Shown: piece by piece, positions 38,434-47,200 of the stretch
How the letters are laid out: each line of letters opens with the position of its first letter
Position numbering within the stretch: position 1 is the first letter of the stretch
From: Abditibacteriaceae bacterium
Lineage (GTDB): Bacteria > Armatimonadota > Abditibacteriia > Abditibacteriales > Abditibacteriaceae
Reading direction: 5' to 3'
Length of the DNA: 64,000 nt
Assembly: GCA_031425655.1 (NCBI GenBank)
Contig: JANPJS010000306.1
Coordinates: 1-64,000, forward strand
The notes under the pieces: generated by a model
The model's input: the letters and a program-made list of their open reading frames with translations, nothing else
Databases searched by the model: none
What the model was told of the DNA's origin: nothing
Translations under genes and position numbers: made by a program

Positions 38434-40784
38434 TTCTCAATTCCGACGCCGTTACGCGCGACCGTCTCAAACCCTTTCAATGGCGTGCCGCCGATGCCAT
38501 TATGGATATGCTGAGTAGCTATCCTACCGCCCAAAACGGCGAATTTCCGCCCTTTTTCGATCAACAAACCGGCGAGTTAGTGCCGTTTTTGTGTCGTCTG
38601 CGCGCTATTACCGGAGCCGGAAAAACGCCGATGTTAGCTTTATGCGCGCACGCTCTCAGCGATGCCGTTATTTTGTGGACAACCAACCGTTCTTCGATCA
38701 TTTCGCAAACCGCGAGCAATCTGCGCGCGGGCGGCAAATACGCTTCGCTCTTGCCCGAAGATTCGACGGTGCAATTAGTCAATGAAATGACTCCCACTGA
38801 TTGGGCCGACATGACCAGTAGCGAACACGGCTTGACGATTTTGCTTTCGACCGTCGCCGCTTTCAATCAGGAAAGCGACAAATTGCGGATTCATCAGCCG
38901 CGTGGCGATACATCCTACTGGCAAATGTTGGCCGGTGAAGGCCCGGACGCCCGCCGTCGCCCGCTTTATGTGTTCTATGATGAAGGACACGGCGCCAGCG
39001 CCGCCCAATTTCGCCGTTTGCTCGAACTCAAGCCGCAAGCCTTTGTTTTAGCGTCTGCTTCCGAATTGCCCGCTGAACTCGCTTACTTGTTGCCGGGCCG
39101 CACCGATGCCGAGCGCACGACCGCTTATCAAAAGCGCACGATTCACGTCCCCACGCGCGAAGTCGTCGAAGCCGGGTTGCTCAAAAGCCGCTTGTTTCTT
39201 ACCGATTGCAACATTGAAGAAGTCGAAGCCATCCGCGAAGCGCAGGAAAAGTGGTTGTCGCTTTTCCATAAAATGCTACCGACCGGGCAAATTCCCATTG
39301 CCTGCTTCATTGTTAATAGCACCCAGCGCGGCGTCGAAGTGTGGGACGCCCTGACGGCGTTGGGCGTTGACAAAGCGCGCATCGCAGTGCATTTAAGCAA
39401 GGCCGAAGACCTTATTGTTGAGCGCGACGGCGCCACGATGGGATTAGTTGATACCTACAAAGCCAAGAAAACGCCCGAACAACTGCGCTCCGACGGCTAC
39501 ACCCATTTAATCTGGAATCTGACCTTGCGCGAAGGTTGGGACGAGCCTCTGGCTTACGTGGCCTATATTGACGATACCGGCAAATCGAACATTGACATGG
39601 TGCAAAAGATCGGTCGCTTTTTGCGCCAGCCCAATGCGCGCCCTTTCGATGACGGCGATTTGAACGCCGCGTATTTTTATTTCAACGTCTCCGACGAAGA
39701 GTTTTCCGGTCTCATTCGCGCCACTCAAGACGAAATGGAGTCCGCAGGTTATGAATTTATCGCGCTTAAAGGTGGCACTGCGCCGCGAGATTCGCGCGAA
39801 AGCCCCGTTGTGCGTTCGCAAACTCTGCCCGGCGTCACGGTCACTTTAGGCACCGATGTGCCAAAGCTTGACCGCATTTTGTTAAATGCTGTGCCGCTCT
39901 TCGACGATGAAGATAAACAATCGCGGGGCGGCGTGAAGCAGCGCGTTTTAGATTTGCGGCGCAATCAAGAGGACTTTTCTCTGCGCCGCGACGAAGAACG
40001 CGGCGGCAACGTCTCGATTACAGCATGGGATTATCTCAGCCGCCGCCTGGCATCCATTGACAGCCGCGTGGTCGGCAAAAGCGGCCATCGTTTTTCGCCT
40101 GAATTGCGCTTACACAAGCGAATGCAACAAGTTTTGCAATTCGGTTCCCCCGCCATGCAAGCTATCAGCGCCAATATCGAAGGCGTGCGCGAAAAATTAA
40201 ACGATGAGTTTCGCTTTGTTTACAAAGGTCGTCACGGTGATTACCAGATCAAGCCTTTCAACCTTGTCGCGCCCGACTTGGAAACTGACGACGATAAAAA
40301 ACGCGACAAATATCGCGTGCGTCACTTCGATAATTCTGTCCACGCCGAATACAACGGCATGAATGAATTTGAAATAAAGGTTGCCAATGCGCTTGATGCC
40401 TTAGGTTTAGCGTGGTGCCGCAATCCATCGCGCACCGGCTATGGCATCCCTATTCCCGAACTGGGAGCGGGCACGACCGACTTTTACCCCGACTTTCTTC
40501 TGTGGACAGACAACGAAATCTGGGCTATTGACCCCAAAGGCGCGCACTTGGCGCAAGAAGCGACGCATAAAAAATTGCTTGGCTTGTCCGGCATCGTAGG
40601 AATGCCGCAGCCGATGCGCGTTGCGTTGGTTTTAGAAGGGCATTATGCTTTGGGCGCTGGCGAATCAGTCAATAAGCGCGGCACCGATGGCGTCACACTC
40701 ATTCGCCGCACCACAACCGGCCCTAAAGCGACACCTTTCGCGGCGTTGAGTGAACTCATGTTCGCTTTGCGTGAGAGTCAGTGA
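38430..40784 (+). CDS. res: Type III Res-like SF2 helicase-nuclease
   Basis: 'TGAGKT', 'YDEGH', 'SAS', 'LREGWD', 'Q.IGRFLR', C-terminal 'FYPDFL...IDPKG'; ATGA overlap with mod. Confidence 0.85.
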   Translation: MILNSDAVTRDRLKPFQWRAADAIMDMLSSYPTAQNGEFPPFFDQQTGELVPFLCRLRAITGAGKTPMLALCAHALSDAVILWTTNRSSIISQTASNLRAGGKYASLLPEDSTVQLVNEMTPTDWADMTSSEHGLTILLSTVAAFNQESDKLRIHQPRGDTSYWQMLAGEGPDARRRPLYVFYDEGHGASAAQFRRLLELKPQAFVLASASELPAELAYLLPGRTDAERTTAYQKRTIHVPTREVVEAGLLKSRLFLTDCNIEEVEAIREAQEKWLSLFHKMLPTGQIPIACFIVNSTQRGVEVWDALTALGVDKARIAVHLSKAEDLIVERDGATMGLVDTYKAKKTPEQLRSDGYTHLIWNLTLREGWDEPLAYVAYIDDTGKSNIDMVQKIGRFLRQPNARPFDDGDLNAAYFYFNVSDEEFSGLIRATQDEMESAGYEFIALKGGTAPRDSRESPVVRSQTLPGVTVTLGTDVPKLDRILLNAVPLFDDEDKQSRGGVKQRVLDLRRNQEDFSLRRDEERGGNVSITAWDYLSRRLASIDSRVVGKSGHRFSPELRLHKRMQQVLQFGSPAMQAISANIEGVREKLNDEFRFVYKGRHGDYQIKPFNLVAPDLETDDDKKRDKYRVRHFDNSVHAEYNGMNEFEIKVANALDALGLAWCRNPSRTGYGIPIPELGAGTTDFYPDFLLWTDNEIWAIDPKGAHLAQEATHKKLLGLSGIVGMPQPMRVALVLEGHYALGAGESVNKRGTDGVTLIRRTTTGPKATPFAALSELMFALRESQ

Positions 40785-40817
40785 AGCGACGCTACAGCGA
40801 TAATCATCGCGTAGAAC

Positions 40818-40985
40818 ACTCCAAAGTCGTGAACTATGGCTTTGGTGCCTTGAATTATCGCTTTGGTGCCTTGAATTATCGCTTTGGCGTCGTGAATTAT
40901 CGTCATAATAATGTGACGTATTGCTTTGGCGCTTGTGATTAACGCTGTGGCGTCGAAGATAAAGGCTGTGATCAAGGCAGCTACG
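40818..40985. repeat. Degenerate 21-bp tandem repeat, about 8 units
   Basis: gctttggtgccttgaattatc twice exactly (40839-40880) with diverged units in register on both sides. Confidence 0.8.
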
Positions 40986-41048
40986 AATCTCGTGTTTTGA
41001 AATATGGCATAATTTGAATGCCGCAAAATCTTGTTTGTGGGAGCCAAT

Positions 41049-41405
41049 ATGCCCAAGCCGACGATTGATGGAACTGTGGTTTATTTAGACGATGTGTTGA
41101 CGTTGTGGGACGAACTCGCTTTGCCCGCCGACTTCAAAGTGGGCGAGCGCAACAAAGCCCAAGTGACGGCCTTGCGCGATGCGTATTCCGCGTTAGTCGA
41201 AGCCGCCAACACGCTGCAAACTCAGCTCGATTTAAAAGTGGACGAGCGCAATCAGATGTCGCCCCAGGTCAGCGACTTTGCGGTGCAGTTTCGCGCCGCA
41301 CTAATCGCTAAATACGGCTCGCGTTCGACGCAGGTGAGCCGCGTGCCGAAGTTTTATAAAGCGGCGCCGAAAAAGCGCACTCCCGCGCCAGGCACCACGC
41401 CTTAA
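41049..41405 (+). CDS. Small helical protein with a basic C-terminal tail
   Basis: GGAG SD; amphipathic helices; 'KYGSRS....VP...PKKR' tail. Confidence 0.7.
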   Translation: MPKPTIDGTVVYLDDVLTLWDELALPADFKVGERNKAQVTALRDAYSALVEAANTLQTQLDLKVDERNQMSPQVSDFAVQFRAALIAKYGSRSTQVSRVPKFYKAAPKKRTPAPGTTP

Positions 41406-41497
41406 CGGTGATGAATCTCGAAGAAACGGCGCAACGAAATCTCATCGCGCCATAACTCCGCGTTTGAAAACGCCCGTGCCGAAACAGGAGGTTTGAC

Positions 41498-42504
41498 ATG
41501 AAAACCAATAATGTTCAACAACAGGTGCCGAACAAAAGCATTTGGGATTTGCCGCGTCAAGGGCCTTATTCCAACGAAGAAAAGTTGCAATGGGAAGTCG
41601 CTAAATTGCAACAAGACGTTTCCAATTTGCAAAAGCCATGGATACGCCAGCCGGGGTCGTGGATTTCCATCGTCACCACTCTACTGGCTTTAGTCGTGGG
41701 AGGCTACAACTTGAATTTGGCTTCTTACCAAAAAGAACGGAATTTATGGGCGGCGGACAAGGCACAGAAAGAGGCCATCGAGGCCAGCGAACTGAGAGAC
41801 AAGACCTTGGCGGAAAAGAAAAGAGCGCAGGTGGATGTGCAAGACGCGCAAAATCAACTGAAAAACATCAAGCAGCAGGCACACTCACTCAAGCGCGCAG
41901 CGTGGAGTTCAAGGACATTTTTGATCGTCTCTTGGTAGTGTTGGCCAAGAGCGATGATCCGCGCCTGAAAGAGGAAGCCGCCCAGTTGAAAACCGAGAGC
42001 AACGCAATATTCAATGAAAGGGAGCAATCTAATCGCGCGTCGTTGAGTGCCTTGCAATCTATTGACAGCAATTTGAAAGGAATTGAGGGCAGCTTATCCG
42101 GTAAAAACGACCCTGCGACGGCCAATGGCCTACCTGTCCAAAGCGTCTCAAGCATTGATGCAATCTTGTTGAAAAATGCGCGGGGCATTTTCAATGAGAA
42201 CTATCAAGTGCGCCGGCAATCGTTCAACGACCTCATGCGCTACTGGCGCTCAGACCCAAATACTATTCCAGCACTGCTTCAAGCAGCCAACGAGCAGCCT
42301 AACCTCAACAAAAAGCTGGATGGCGTTACGAATGCGATTCGCATCATGCGTTATGTGGAGCGTCGCTTTCTCAAACCCAACACCACAAACGTAAGTGAAC
42401 TGGTCAAGAAAATCGAAGATTTGCCCGGCACAAAAGGCGCAATTCTCGCCAGAGAGCTTCGATTTATGAAAGACCGTCTGCGGCGAGCGGCGACCGGTGT
42501 GTGA
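41498..42504 (+). pseudogene. Frameshifted TM/coiled-coil protein (join near 41875-41890)
   Basis: aggagg SD before 41498; protein-like sequence continues in the -1 frame (TQARSVEFKDIFDRLL...) to 42504. Confidence 0.6.
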
Positions 42505-42523
42505 TTACAGAAAAAAACTGTAG

Positions 42524-42600
42524 TATCCGAAGGCCGGACGCAACGATCCGTGCCCGTGCGGCAGCGGCAAGAAGTTCAAAAAGTGCCACGGCCAGAATGC
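42524..42600 (+). repeat. Direct repeat copy 2 (orphan secA SEC-C 3' end)
   Basis: Encodes [26 protein letters not shown] with no start; preceded by an in-frame TAG. Confidence 0.95.
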
Positions 42601-42617
42601 TTGAGAAAGAGAAACCA

Positions 42618-42884
42618 ATGGCGCATGGCTTTCGTATTTCACGGCACGCACACGAAGAGATGATGCGGCGCGACATCCCACTGGATTTCGTGGAAGCCGT
42701 GCTGCAAAATCCTGAACAGGTAGTGCCCGCCAATAATGACAATGTGACTTATCAGTCGCAGTTTGACTTTGGCGGCGGGCGCCTTTTTCTGGTGCGCGTC
42801 GTTGTGGATGAGAGCCGGGTGCCGCCGGTTGTCGTCACGGTTTACCGCACGAGCAAAATCGAGAAGTATTGGAGGTCGCCATGA
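42618..42884 (+). CDS. DUF4258-like putative toxin
   Basis: 'S.HA.EEM.RR.I....VE.VL.NPEQ', 'RV.V......VVTVYRTSKI.KYW'. Confidence 0.8.
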   Translation: MAHGFRISRHAHEEMMRRDIPLDFVEAVLQNPEQVVPANNDNVTYQSQFDFGGGRLFLVRVVVDESRVPPVVVTVYRTSKIEKYWRSP

Positions 42885-43084
42885 AGGTGGTTTATGACGT
42901 AGAAGTTGATATTATTCGCATCACGCTAAACGAAGCTGTCATCGAAGAAAGCGACGAAGAAAAGCCGGGTCTGATTCTTGATTATGATGCAGAGGGCAAC
43001 GTGGTCGGCATGGAAATTCTCAACGCCTCACAACGCACGTCAAACCCCCGTTCGCTCGAATACGCTGTCGCCGAAGCGGCGTGA
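42881..43084 (+). CDS. DUF2283-like putative antitoxin
   Basis: 'MKV.YD.E.DI..I', 'G.ILDYD..GNVVG.EILNAS'; ATGA overlap with the toxin. Confidence 0.85.
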   Translation: MKVVYDVEVDIIRITLNEAVIEESDEEKPGLILDYDAEGNVVGMEILNASQRTSNPRSLEYAVAEAA

Positions 43085-43178
43085 GATTCAGATGACAAAC
43101 TCAGCAGTGGCGTGGGAGGCATACTCCCGCGCCGCTGTGCTTTTTCTGGCTTATACTTTCGTTGTGAGGTGATGACGC

Positions 43179-43751
43179 ATGGTTTCGATGCCGCAAGTTA
43201 TGGCTCCGCCTTCCAACAAGACCGGAATGACGGCGGAAGAGTTCGCCTTGCTCAATGGCGATGAGCCGATGGAGTTGATTAACGGCGAGGTGATTGTTCT
43301 GAGTAGACCGGGTTTTGAACACGGTGAGATTGTAAGTGCTTTGATAGAACATTTACGACCTTTCATCCGGCGTAACGATTTAGGCCGCGTTGTAACTGAG
43401 AGTGGTTTTCGTTTGAGCCGCAACCCCGATATGGTTCGTGGCCCGGATGTGGCGTTTGTCGAAAAAGCGCGTTTGCCTGAAGGCACCAGACCAACCGGCT
43501 TTATCGAAGGCGCCCCAACGCTGGCCGTCGAAGTCAATTCGCCCAACGATTTATGGTCGGAAGTCGAAGCCAAAGCGCGGCTTTATCTCAGCGCCGGCTC
43601 GCGCAGCGTGTGGATTGTGGACGCCGAGACCAAAACCATCACCATCCGTCGCGCCGACGGCACGTCGCGCGTGTTCGGCGAAAACGATACGCTGCGCGAC
43701 GACGAGATTCTGCCCGGTTTTGAAATCGCGCTGGGCGAGATTTTCGACTAA
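43179..43751 (+). CDS. Uma2 family endonuclease
   Basis: 'MT.EEF', 'ELINGE', 'RGPDVAFV', 'P.LAVEV.SP', 'Y..AG...VWIVD', 'LPGF'. Confidence 0.92.
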   Translation: MVSMPQVMAPPSNKTGMTAEEFALLNGDEPMELINGEVIVLSRPGFEHGEIVSALIEHLRPFIRRNDLGRVVTESGFRLSRNPDMVRGPDVAFVEKARLPEGTRPTGFIEGAPTLAVEVNSPNDLWSEVEAKARLYLSAGSRSVWIVDAETKTITIRRADGTSRVFGENDTLRDDEILPGFEIALGEIFD

Positions 43752-43946
43752 AAACGCCTGAATAAAAGAGATTTGAACCACTGATGAATCCGCCCAGAGG
43801 GCACCCGATGGACACGGATGACAAGCGGGTTGGGGCTTGCGCTGCCAAAGGCTCAAGGCGAAATCAACACATCGAAATTAACACATCGAAATCTGTGTTT
43901 ATCGGTGTTCATCAGTGGTTCAAATCTCTTTTATTTAGGCGCTTTA
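43751..43946. mobile_element. Palindromic MITE/REP-like element
   Basis: Perfect 28-bp IR aataaaagagatttgaaccactgatgaa (43761-43788 / 43908-43935), extending outward imperfectly. Confidence 0.65.
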
Positions 43947-44160
43947 AGGTGTCGCTCACACCGATTCCTCCTCAACTTCACCCAAAACCAAAGGCCGCGC
44001 GTCCATTGCGCAGGCTTGATAATTCGCATCCAACTGCGCGCCCAATGACCACAGCGCTACCAAACGACGCGTGGGGTTTCAACCCCCGGCGAGCGGCAAA
44101 GCGTTCTATGCCGGCCCAATATCGCGTTTCTTTCTTAGCTTAATGACTATAGGTGCCAAA

Positions 44161-44203
44161 CAAAAAGGCGCTCCGACTGTGTTCCAGTCAGAGCGCCTTT
44201 TTG
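44161..44203. terminator. Bidirectional terminator
   Basis: caaaaaggcgctc...gagcgcctttttg. Confidence 0.8.
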
Positions 44204-44219
44204 AGATTAAAACAGCCGC

Positions 44220-47200
44220 TTAACGCTCGGTTTGAAGCGTTGTCGAACCGCTAATCAAGCGCGATTGGGCGTCCGGCACGTTTGTCCACGCTACCGAAAC
44301 TTTGTCGCCGGTGTGCAGGGTTCCGGCGGGTAAAGATAACACGACGCGATTCGCGGCGGCGTCATAAGCAGCTTCTTGAACAGCAACCAGAACGCCGTTG
44401 ACCGAAACCGCGTAATGCGCTGCATCGCCGGCTGCGGCGCCCAAAGCGCCGTCAAAAGTCAGCGTAACAGTTGCCGCTTCGCTATTTGCATCGGCGGTCG
44501 AGACTTGCACCGGCGAAGATGAGGCTGCGCTATTCGTGGCTCCAGCTTTCAAGGCACCGCCCGCCGTGAACGTCCAATTCAATTGGATAGACCCTTGATC
44601 CGGCGCGGTCAGGTTGTAGCCATCTACGGCGATGCGATAAATCGTGCCGGCGGTGACGCTGATCGTGACGTTGCTGGCCGGCGGCGAAGTGCCATCGTCG
44701 TTGCTGCCATTGAGGACGCCTGTCAGCGCACTGACGCTGGTGCCGGTGTAGACCGCCAGAATTGTATCGAAATTCGACCCAATCGTGGTAATCGCCAGAG
44801 TGCCGTTGGAAGGCGCCGTCCAGCGATACCAGACCGATGCGCCGCCCTCGTTGCCGTCATGATCCGGCTCGCCGGTCTCTTTAGTTGCCCCGATGTTGCT
44901 GCCCACAACGCTGCTGTTATTGCCCGTTATCACTTGTGCGTTGGCGAAGTTGTTATTGGGCACGTTGGTGTTGGTGTATTTGACCGTGACCCACGGGGCT
45001 TGATTGCCTGTCGTCGAGTTGTCCAGAGCCGTAACCCACACTTCATAGTTGCCGGCGCCTACGGCGGGCAGAGGCTTGCTCCAACTGGTGGTGCCGGTAG
45101 CCAGTGTTGTGGTGTTGGGATCGTTGCCGTCCGCGATCCAGATTTGGTTGACCCAATCCCACCAGCCTGTGAGCGTAGTGCCCGCCGCATCATATTGGGC
45201 CAGCGCCACGTAGACACTGTTGACGCCCGTGCCCGCATCGCTGGCCGTGCCGCTGGCCGTAGCCAGCGCGGCATAGGTGCCATTGACCGTCGGCGCCGTC
45301 ACTGTGACTGTCGGCGGTGTGGTGTCGGTGCCGGCGGTCACCGTGAAACTGGCGGCGCTGGTCGCGGTGCCGTTCGGTGTGGTCACGCTGAGCGTGCCGG
45401 TTGTTACGCCGGCGGGCGCTGTCGCGTTGAGCGAGGTCGCTGTTACAGTGTTGAAAGTCGCCGTCGTGCCGTTGAACCTCACGGATGTGGCGCCGGTAAA
45501 GTTGGTGCCGCTAATCGTAACGACGGTGCCTGCTGCGCCGCTTGTGGGCGTGAAAGTCGAAATCGTCGGCGGCGAGCCGGCAACGGTGAAGTTGGCGGCG
45601 CTGGTTGCAGTGCCGTTAGGTGTGGTTAGGGTGATCTTGCCGGTCGTTACACCGGCGGGCGCCGTGGCTTTGAGCGAAGTCGCCGTGACAGTGTTAAACG
45701 TGGCGGTTACTCCGTTGAACTTGACGCCGGTCGCGCCGGTGAATTTAGTTCCGGTGACGGTGACGATGGTGCCCGCCGCGCCGCTGGTGGGCGTGAAACT
45801 GGTTATCGTCGGCGCGAGGCTGGTGGCCGAGAAGTTAATCCCGCTGACATTGGCGGTGCCGACGGTGGCCGGTTTGGAAGTTGGTGCAAACGTATAGCCG
45901 GTGAGGGCGGGCGTTATCGTATAAGTGCCGCCTGCCACGCCGGTTAAAGTGAAGTTGCCGCTGGTGTTGGTTGTGGCCGAAGTCGCGCTGCCGGTTCGCG
46001 TCACTTGCACTCCGGCGACACCCGTCGTAGTGCCGGCCAAAGTGATTTGGCCGCTGATCGAATACGTTGGGGTCGTGCTCTTGAGATACAGGTTGATAAC
46101 CCGGCTGGCGCTGTTGCCCGCCCCATCAATGGCGATGGCGGCCAGAGCGTAGGTGCCGTCCGGCAAATCGGTGCCGGCGGGTAGTGGGCCGCTGTAGCTC
46201 CACGCCGCATCGGCGTTGGGACGCGCCGCATCGGTGTCGAATCTGACCAGAGTCGGCCCCCAGGCCGGCGGATTGGCCAACGGATTCCAGTATTGGAAGG
46301 CGCCATTGAAGGTGCGGCGCAGCCAAAGCCGCACAGCCGTGACGTTGGTAATGGCAATGTTATCCGACACCGTGCCGGTAATCGTCGCCGGTAGTGCGGC
46401 GAGGCGGGCGCCGCCGACCAGAGGCGCATCTATAAACACACGCGGCGCCGTCAGGTCAATGGTAAAGCGTTCCACGCTGTCAACCGAGCCGGCGGGTGTG
46501 ACGACGGTGATTTTGCCGCTTCTGGCTTCTTCGGGCACTTTGGCGGTGATTTTATTGACGGAATTGAGCGTGAAGGTCGTCGCGTTGACGCCGCCGAATT
46601 TCACGAACATGGCGCCGGTAAAATTGCTGCCAAGAATTGTAACCGAAGTGTTGGTTTTGCCGATGGACGGCGAAAAACTGGTAATGCCGGGATAGATGAG
46701 GAAATCCGTCGCGCTAAAGGCCGTGCCCAGTCCCGCCGTGACCGAAATCGGGCCGGTGACGGCGCCAACGGGCACCGTTGCGGTGATTTTCGTGGCCGAA
46801 TTCACCGTAAAGGCCGTTGCTGCCAGCGTGCCGTTATTGAATTTAACCCCTGTGACATTCACGAAGTTGCCGCCGTTAATCGCCACCGCACTGCCTACCG
46901 CGCCGCCTATTGGCGCCAGACTGCCGATCCACGGGCCGGGAATGAAATTACTGGTGCTGACTGCCGAGCCGGCATCGTTCGTCGTGGTGATTTTGCCGGT
47001 TGTGGCTCCAGCGGGCACCGTCGCGGTGATTTGCGTCGAGGAATTGACCGTGAAAGCCGTGGCGCTCGTGGTGTTGAATTTCACGGTCGTCACGCCGATG
47101 AAGTTTTTGCCGGTAATAACGACCGGTGCCCCGACTGCGCCTTGAAGCGGCGTAAAGGATGTAATGGACGGCCCGACCGTAAAAGTATCGGCGCTGGTGC

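Larger units (their letters stand above)
36275..42523. mobile_element. Defence island bounded by secA 3'-end direct repeats
   Basis: Flanking 77-bp DRs; RM cargo; no integrase visible. Confidence 0.7.

Noticed and set aside
40818..40985. CRISPR array
   Set aside because: Units are contiguous 21-mers without unique spacers, and there are no cas genes in the window.
42501..42617. N-terminal extension of the DUF4258 ORF
   Set aside because: It is an off-frame reading of the duplicated secA end; the ATG at 42618 is the better start.
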